20,475 nt of DNA from the NCBI GenBank assembly GCA_046757665.1, contig JBHHYO010000050.1, positions 1 through 20,475 on the forward strand. The letters are read 5' to 3'. Positions 14,840 to 20,475 of this stretch are shown piece after piece. The position numbers were made by a program, and so were the translations under genes. The DNA comes from Nitrospinales bacterium (GTDB lineage: Bacteria; Nitrospinota; Nitrospinia; Nitrospinales; JAJDAT01). The notes under the pieces are model-generated. The model saw nothing but the letters and a program-made list of their open reading frames with translations, had not been told where the DNA came from and ran no database searches. Each line of letters opens with the position of its first letter. Position 1 is the first letter of the stretch.

Positions 14840-17284
14840 TTAATCCCCGGAAATAGTCAATATTTCTTTAATGTCCCTGATCTCCCGGTTTTTGTACAGG
14901 GACAGATAAACCCAATAGTTGCGCAGAACTTTTTTTACATAACCGCGGGTTTCATTGTAGGGGATGCTCTCGACAAATTCGAGCGGGGTCAGGTCGGACC
15001 TCACGGCAATCCATTCCCGGACTTTTTGCGGACCGGCATTATAGGCCGCCAGGGCATAAATGATATTGTTCTCAAATGAGGACAACAGCCGCCGCAAATA
15101 ATCGATTCCGAGAGGAAGGTTGACTTGCGGATTTTTCAATGCTTCGTAATCGGGAGACTTCTGTTTCATCTGCCGGGCCACTTGCCGGGCGGTAGCCGGC
15201 ATCAACTGCATCAGGCCAACGGCATTGGCGGATGAAACGATTCCCGGATTGAAACTGCTTTCCTGGCGAATCAGGGACAGAATCAGCATGGAATTCAGCC
15301 CGGCTTTTCGGGCGAGGGATTCCACCTGGTTCAAATAGGCTTTGGGGAACAGGTTTTTCGCGACGTCCGACGAAATAAAATCGGTTTTGTCCTGGCTGAC
15401 AAGTTTCCAGGACAGTCTGATGGATTGCTGGTATTCCCCGGCGAGATAAAACAGCCGCGACAGATAAAAGAGGAACGGCAGGTTTTCCGTGCCCCGGCCG
15501 GCAACCTGGCTCAACTCTTGTTTTCCGAAATCCAGGAAGCCGGCGGCGACAAGCTGTTCGGCGCGTTTAAGGCGTTTGCGCGGCAGTTCTCCCAGCCCGA
15601 TCATCCGGTCGGCCAGGGGTTGCCGCCATTGTTCGTTAAAAAACTCTTTCAGCGGCATACCCAGCGCGCCGCGGCTGATGACGGCATAGAAATTAAAGGG
15701 AGACTCCTTAATCAGTGTTTTTAACTGCGACGTTTTTTCTTCGGCGTTTCCCAATGCGCCCGCCGTTTGGGCCAGCCAATAGCGGGTCGCGGCAAGGTAC
15801 GAGGGCGCGTTCGGAAAGGCATTTTGCAGGCGCCGGTAGCGTGGGGAATCATAAAATTCCAGGGCGTCCTTGAAATCCTTCACCGCCTCGGCATGGCGTC
15901 CTTCAAGACGCTTGATCCAGGAAATTTTGAAGCGCGCCGCGGTGGCGTAGGAGCCGTGGTCGTACTCCCGCAACAAACGCCCATAAAATCGGACCGCCTG
16001 GGGATAATCTTTTTTATCCTCATAAATGCGGCCAAGAAAGAACAGCGCCTTGTGGCAACTTTCGACTTCCAGGGGATATTGATGCAACAGTTTTTTGTAA
16101 AGGAGCGCCGCCGCGTCCGGATTGAGGTTCCGCCAGAGGTTGTACGCCAGGTCCCGAAGAATTTGCGCCGGATAATGGCTCGTGATGCCGTCGATGTCGG
16201 TGTTCCAGGGATGATCTCGAAGGTATTCGACGATCAAACGATTGACGTCTCGCACCACGCTCCGGGTCGATTTTCTGCCGGGATATTTCCGCAGAACCTT
16301 GAGTGCCCAGGCGAACGCTTGCTCGGGATCCTTGCGGCTCAAGGATTCATAAAATTTCCGCGTGTTTTCGTTGTCGTAAGATTTTGCGGTCGGCTTTTTT
16401 CCCGGCCGGGCGGAATCGGAGGCGCTCTCGCCGCCGCGCGTGCTTGCTTCTCGGACGGAATAGGCCGCGAGCAAAATCTCGGCGTTCAGTTTTTGTTTCC
16501 GAATGGTTTTTTCATATTTTTTAACAAAATCGGCGGCGGCGGCCCCGGCCTCCGGCTCATCAAAGTTGCTTGCCAGGTGCGTATAAATATTGACGGCTTC
16601 CCGCAGGTTGTTTGCGGATTCATAGGTTTTTGCCAGGGCCAGATAAACCTGGAGCCGGTGCGCGTGATTGTCGGGGAATTTCCTCATCAATGCCTTGCGG
16701 TAAGCCCGCCAGGCGGCTTTATAGCTCAGGTTGTTAAAATGCGCGTCGCCCAGCAGTTTTTCGGTCTCGGCCAGGTCCCGCGGCAGGGAAAAATAAAAGG
16801 GGCTCGTCGGAAAGGATCGATAAAGTTTCAGCCTCAAATCAATGGACTGCCGCAGGTATCCAATGGCCGGAATGTTTTTCTTCTCTGCAAGTTTTTGCCG
16901 GGCCAGTTCCTTCAGGGCGGCGGCATGGAAATGGATTTTAAAATCATCGAGAATAAAATTTCCGATGATCTTGTTCCGTAAATAACCGATCGCCTTGTCG
17001 TAATCGGCATTTTTAAAATAGAGAAAGGCAATCGCCAGGTTATGCAGGTTTCTCTTTTCGCGGCCTTTGACCTTCCTCTCCGCGTGCAAATACTGTTTTA
17101 AAACTTTGGGAATTTGCTCCGGGGTCAGGGTTTCAAGATTGACGATTCGCTCCGGCAGGTAAACAAAATCTACTGGAAAAGCCTTGCCCGACTTGAAAAT
17201 GTCCAGGTTCTTGGTCTGACCCGTTGATACCGGGAGCCACAGGAGCAAAGTCAAAAAAGGAATGAGGTTACCGCGGAATTTCAT
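14840..17284 (-). CDS. Slt70-like soluble lytic transglycosylase with TPR-like repeats (start 17284 or 17341)
   Basis: C-terminal LIRQESSFNP..VSSANAVGLMQLMPATA, ALAAYNAGP and ESIPYNETRGYVKKV. TPR-like helical N-terminal region; signal-like segment after ATG17284. Confidence 0.9.
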   Translation of the reverse strand: MKFRGNLIPFLTLLLWLPVSTGQTKNLDIFKSGKAFPVDFVYLPERIVNLETLTPEQIPKVLKQYLHAERKVKGREKRNLHNLAIAFLYFKNADYDKAIGYLRNKIIGNFILDDFKIHFHAAALKELARQKLAEKKNIPAIGYLRQSIDLRLKLYRSFPTSPFYFSLPRDLAETEKLLGDAHFNNLSYKAAWRAYRKALMRKFPDNHAHRLQVYLALAKTYESANNLREAVNIYTHLASNFDEPEAGAAAADFVKKYEKTIRKQKLNAEILLAAYSVREASTRGGESASDSARPGKKPTAKSYDNENTRKFYESLSRKDPEQAFAWALKVLRKYPGRKSTRSVVRDVNRLIVEYLRDHPWNTDIDGITSHYPAQILRDLAYNLWRNLNPDAAALLYKKLLHQYPLEVESCHKALFFLGRIYEDKKDYPQAVRFYGRLLREYDHGSYATAARFKISWIKRLEGRHAEAVKDFKDALEFYDSPRYRRLQNAFPNAPSYLAATRYWLAQTAGALGNAEEKTSQLKTLIKESPFNFYAVISRGALGMPLKEFFNEQWRQPLADRMIGLGELPRKRLKRAEQLVAAGFLDFGKQELSQVAGRGTENLPFLFYLSRLFYLAGEYQQSIRLSWKLVSQDKTDFISSDVAKNLFPKAYLNQVESLARKAGLNSMLILSLIRQESSFNPGIVSSANAVGLMQLMPATARQVARQMKQKSPDYEALKNPQVNLPLGIDYLRRLLSSFENNIIYALAAYNAGPQKVREWIAVRSDLTPLEFVESIPYNETRGYVKKVLRNYWVYLSLYKNREIRDIKEILTISGD

Positions 17285-17377
17285 GGAAGGTCCGGCCCCA
17301 ACGCCAGGAACGGGTAAAGGCTGACAATAATCAAGTTTCATTCCTTTGTAACAGAAACCGGCCGAAGATGCCCGACT

Positions 17378-17842
17378 TTATTTTGCCTTGGGGGCCTTGC
17401 CGGACAGGGTGACGATATAATCCTGGTCCGCCGGCGGCGTTTGCTTTTCCGGCCTGTCGGCAACCGAAGCCGCGGGGTTGGGTTTCGAGGGATTTCGGGT
17501 TTGCAGGCCGAATGCCGGTTCGACATAAACCGTATCTCCAATTTTAAAATGGGATGCGGCAAGGTTTTCGTTGTCCAGGGCAATAACCAGGATTTGATCC
17601 GCGTCCCGTGGCGAGCCCCGCCCTCTTTGCCGCCGTTGCCCCTTGCGTTGCCCCGTTTCCGGGGCGTCCTCATCATGGGGTTTTCTCCGATCCGCCTTTC
17701 GCCGGTTACTGCAACTGACAACAACCCCTTTTCGCCCTTGCCTGCCCGAATCGGTTCTCGGGTTGGCATTTTCCCTTTGCATCGGCCGGACCGACCGGGG
17801 AGAGGTCATTCTTTCAACGTGCTTGTCATCTTCATAGTCCAT
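17378..17842 (-). CDS. Hypothetical protein (154 aa, largely disordered, Arg-rich)
   Basis: ATG overlaps the NUDIX 3' end by 11 nt; co-oriented and fills the gap between the NUDIX and Slt-like genes. Confidence 0.6.
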   Translation of the reverse strand: MDYEDDKHVERMTSPRSVRPMQRENANPRTDSGRQGRKGVVVSCSNRRKADRRKPHDEDAPETGQRKGQRRQRGRGSPRDADQILVIALDNENLAASHFKIGDTVYVEPAFGLQTRNPSKPNPAASVADRPEKQTPPADQDYIVTLSGKAPKAK

Positions 17843-18344
17843 GATTGAAAACCCTCTCTATCAGGATTCTGAAAACCGAGGTGAATTGCAAGGGGTCGGC
17901 GGCCAGGACTTCCTCGATTTCGGAAATTCGCCAAAACCGTCCCTCGCTGATTTCCTCCGCGTCCACGACAATCGGCTCATCGCTGACACAGCGATAGGCC
18001 GTTACATGTTCCCACAGGGTTTCGGCGCAGGCGGCGATGCGAAAAAACGGTTTCAGGGATGCGCCGATACCCAGCTCCTCCTTCAGCTCCCGGTGCGCGG
18101 AAACAAGGTAAGTCTCTCCGGAAGCAATATGGCCCGCGGCGGAGGAATCCCACAGGCCTGGGTTTTCGTCCTTGCTCATGACCCGTTTTTGCAAGAACAA
18201 CTCACCCCGCGAATTGAAAACCAGAATGTGAACCGACCGGTGAAGCAGAGATTTCGCATGAATCTCTTTCCGGGAGACCTGGCCGATCACGTTGTCCTGC
18301 TGATCGACCCAATCGAGGATTTCATCGCCTTGATACCTGGGCAT
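17832..18344 (-). CDS. NUDIX hydrolase, IDI type 1/YfcD-like
   Basis: LLHRSVHILVFN..GELFLQKR...K...PGLWD and Nudix box GHIASGETYLVSAHRELKEELGI. Start placed at ATG18344. Confidence 0.9.
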   Translation of the reverse strand: MPRYQGDEILDWVDQQDNVIGQVSRKEIHAKSLLHRSVHILVFNSRGELFLQKRVMSKDENPGLWDSSAAGHIASGETYLVSAHRELKEELGIGASLKPFFRIAACAETLWEHVTAYRCVSDEPIVVDAEEISEGRFWRISEIEEVLAADPLQFTSVFRILIERVFNHGL

Positions 18345-18380
18345 TTCGCATCTCAAAACAATTCGGGGAAAAGCGAAAAC

Positions 18381-19715
18381 CTACGCGGAAGTTTTCAAAT
18401 CCCTCAAATAATCCAGTTGGGCGGGCAGGTCCGAATCCTCGCAGTAGTTGTGGGCGGCCAGGATGCGGATATCGTCCAGCGCCCGCCTGTCGCCTTCAAA
18501 CACGACCGTCTGATCGCCTTTATCGGCAATCATGCCACCCACCTGCAACAGGCTCATGACCGATTTGACGTTATACTTCTCGCCGTCCAGAAGCAGAAAA
18601 ACGTCCGTTTCATGCTTGCGGGCGATCAAGGAAATATACGTCGAGGGCCTGGCGTGAAACCCGTGCGGCTTGGGAATCGGCACCTCGTAACGAACCACTT
18701 TCAAAATCGTCGATAATATCTTTTCACACAGCTTGGCGCCTTCCTGGATATAAACGTTGCTGTAGTAAAAAGCAAAGTTGACGATTCGTTTCAAAACCTC
18801 GGTTTTGTCGACCAGGCTGGAAATTTGTGTCCGGCATTCCCCGTGGCGGATGTCGTCCTCATGCCGTTCATAGAAATGAGACAGCCAGAGAACGACCTCC
18901 TGAAGGTGCAGGGACAGGGCCGCGTAGCCCCGCAGGTGTTGCAGGTGCCGGTGCTTGTGCACCATCTGCGTGTTTTTGATGTATGTGTCGAATTCCGATT
19001 GAACGCTGTGAATCAGGTTGTTGAACATGCGGGAGCTTTTTTCATTGATGGTTTCCCGGTTTAATTTTTTCAATTGAACCAGGTCATCCGTTTGCCCGAT
19101 GCAGGCCTTGCTCATCAATCGGGCCGTCTTGCGGATTTTTGCGCACAGGTCGATAACCCGTTCGTCCTCATCCTTAACCTGTTCCTCGCTGACGTTTTTG
19201 GGCAACTGCTTGTTGATCTGTATTTCGCGGAACTCATCCAGGGAAATGGAATCGTCGGAAAAAACCAGGCCGTTGGCTTTCCCGGTTTTCACAACGGCCC
19301 GGAAGAGATTCAGAATCGACTGGTTCAGAAATTCCAGGGTGTCCCGCGCACCGGCATAAAACCGCTCTTTATTCGGGTCGGGTTCGAGAAGATTGTAAAA
19401 AGGGTAGCGGTCCAGCAGGTGCCGGATATAAAAAGCGGCAATCGCCAAATTGCGTATCGAGGCAACGGATTCGCTGAAAAAGAACCAGGTCTTGTTGTCC
19501 CGGGCGCCATGTTCGTCCAGAAAAGTTTCTAAAATTTCCGCGCTTTGAAAGAGGTGGGAATAAATTTTTTTGGTGACGCCGGTTTTATTCCGAAACAACG
19601 TCTCCAGCAAATTATAAACCCGGAAAAATTCGCGGCAGGTTTCCTGAACAAAAGGCAGAAATTCTTCTTCGCTGATAATCTGGATCAGGGGTTGAGGTTC
19701 GGCGCTTTTAACCAT
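18381..19715 (-). CDS. Large protein with a C-terminal HPr (PTS phosphocarrier) domain
   Basis: GFHARP and NVKSVMSLL motifs 31 residues apart, matching His15/Ser46 spacing, preceded by about 350 aa of unknown helical sequence. ATG19715 has AGGT upstream. Confidence 0.88.
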   Translation of the reverse strand: MVKSAEPQPLIQIISEEEFLPFVQETCREFFRVYNLLETLFRNKTGVTKKIYSHLFQSAEILETFLDEHGARDNKTWFFFSESVASIRNLAIAAFYIRHLLDRYPFYNLLEPDPNKERFYAGARDTLEFLNQSILNLFRAVVKTGKANGLVFSDDSISLDEFREIQINKQLPKNVSEEQVKDEDERVIDLCAKIRKTARLMSKACIGQTDDLVQLKKLNRETINEKSSRMFNNLIHSVQSEFDTYIKNTQMVHKHRHLQHLRGYAALSLHLQEVVLWLSHFYERHEDDIRHGECRTQISSLVDKTEVLKRIVNFAFYYSNVYIQEGAKLCEKILSTILKVVRYEVPIPKPHGFHARPSTYISLIARKHETDVFLLLDGEKYNVKSVMSLLQVGGMIADKGDQTVVFEGDRRALDDIRILAAHNYCEDSDLPAQLDYLRDLKTSA

Positions 19716-19825
19716 AGTCGTTACCTGTGAGGACTTGGTGCCTTGGGGATGGCTGGATCGTAACGCAGTTCGCCAAGCCACCTGCCGGCGGTTTCAAAGG
19801 CCGGCGGGGCTTTGCTCGGCGGCAG

Positions 19826-20368
19826 TCAATTCTTCAAGGAACCGCAGTGCAACTTATCGGGGAGATACTTGAGCCAGCTTTCCACATGTGAGGGAGGCGC
19901 GGAGGGAATGGACAACGAATAAAAATGCCGGCCGGGCTTCGAGGGTTGCCGCAATAATTTCAATCCCACTTCCACCATAGGCCGGCTACCCTTCCTCAGG
20001 TTGCAGGGTTTGCAGGCAACAACCACATTAGTCCACACGGTTTTGCCGCCGCGGGATTTCGGCACGACATGGTCCACGGTCAGGGTCTTCTCCGTTTCCC
20101 CGCAATACTGGCACGTATAATTATCCCTTTTTAAAATATTTTTCTTGCTGAACGCAATGGTTTTCCGGGGCATTCTTTTCACCCGGTTCAAAACCCGGAT
20201 CACGGTGGGCAAGGGAATGACCCGGGAAGGAGTGCGCACTTTATAGCCGTCACATTCCAGTTGCTCCGCCCGGCCCGTTAAAACCATCACGAGGGCTCGC
20301 CTGCCGTTGCAAAATTGCAAGGGTTCGTAAGTATAATTCAGGACCAGAATTCGACTTGATTCCAACAT
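19826..20368 (-). CDS. HNH endonuclease (McrA/COG1403-like, zinc-binding)
   Basis: ILVLNYTYEPL, LPTVIR, RDNYTCQYCG, LTVDHVVPKSRGG and NVVVACKPCNLRKG. Confidence 0.93.
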   Translation of the reverse strand: MLESSRILVLNYTYEPLQFCNGRRALVMVLTGRAEQLECDGYKVRTPSRVIPLPTVIRVLNRVKRMPRKTIAFSKKNILKRDNYTCQYCGETEKTLTVDHVVPKSRGGKTVWTNVVVACKPCNLRKGSRPMVEVGLKLLRQPSKPGRHFYSLSIPSAPPSHVESWLKYLPDKLHCGSLKN

Positions 20369-20435
20369 GCGGCACGTTCGACTTGTTCAAATGCCTGATG
20401 TTAAAGGAAGATCACGCTTCCGTTATTTCCCTAGA

Positions 20436-20465
20436 AGTTTACTATTTACCCGTTCCGGGTGTCAA
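20436..20465 (-). promoter_or_regulatory. Sigma70-like promoter for the HNH gene with a palindrome in the spacer
   Basis: Minus strand TTGACA (20465-20460), 18 nt, TAAACT (20441-20436); acccg-ttc-cgggt inverted repeat at 20448-20460. Confidence 0.55.
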
Positions 20466-20475
20466 ATTTGAAAAT

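Noticed and set aside
19826-20368. HNH protein as IscB/Cas9-like or a mobile homing nuclease
   Set aside because: Only 180 aa, with no RuvC or PLMP motifs and no flanking IS ends or array; it matches the common stand-alone VLVLN..YEP HNH family.

Overview
Bacterial chromosomal window made up mostly of housekeeping, envelope and motility genes. Gene content and order suggest a Nitrospinota/deltaproteobacteria-like organism, which is an inference only. In order: a partial minus-strand membrane protein missing from the ORF track; a RelE/ParE-like toxin-antitoxin cassette flanked by an 87/88-bp direct repeat that duplicates the promoter and first six codons of the next gene; an FGE-sulfatase-domain protein, nth and an M14 carboxypeptidase; a minus-strand run (rpiB, glyA, nrdR, class IV aminotransferase, coaE, fliL-like, hypothetical, fliK-like, FlhB C-terminal-like, LysM lytic transglycosylase); a small hypothetical and a catalytically degenerate CPBP/CAAX protein; and a second minus-strand run (HNH nuclease, large HPr-domain fusion, NUDIX hydrolase, hypothetical, Slt-like transglycosylase, cvpA). 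Two copies of a palindromic MITE-like repeat, a third truncated end, and a long structured leader before rpiB are also present. I saw no rRNA, tRNA, CRISPR array, transposase or integrase. The most notable items are the promoter-duplicating TA cassette, the MITE family, the rpiB leader, the HPr fusion and the pseudo-CPBP.
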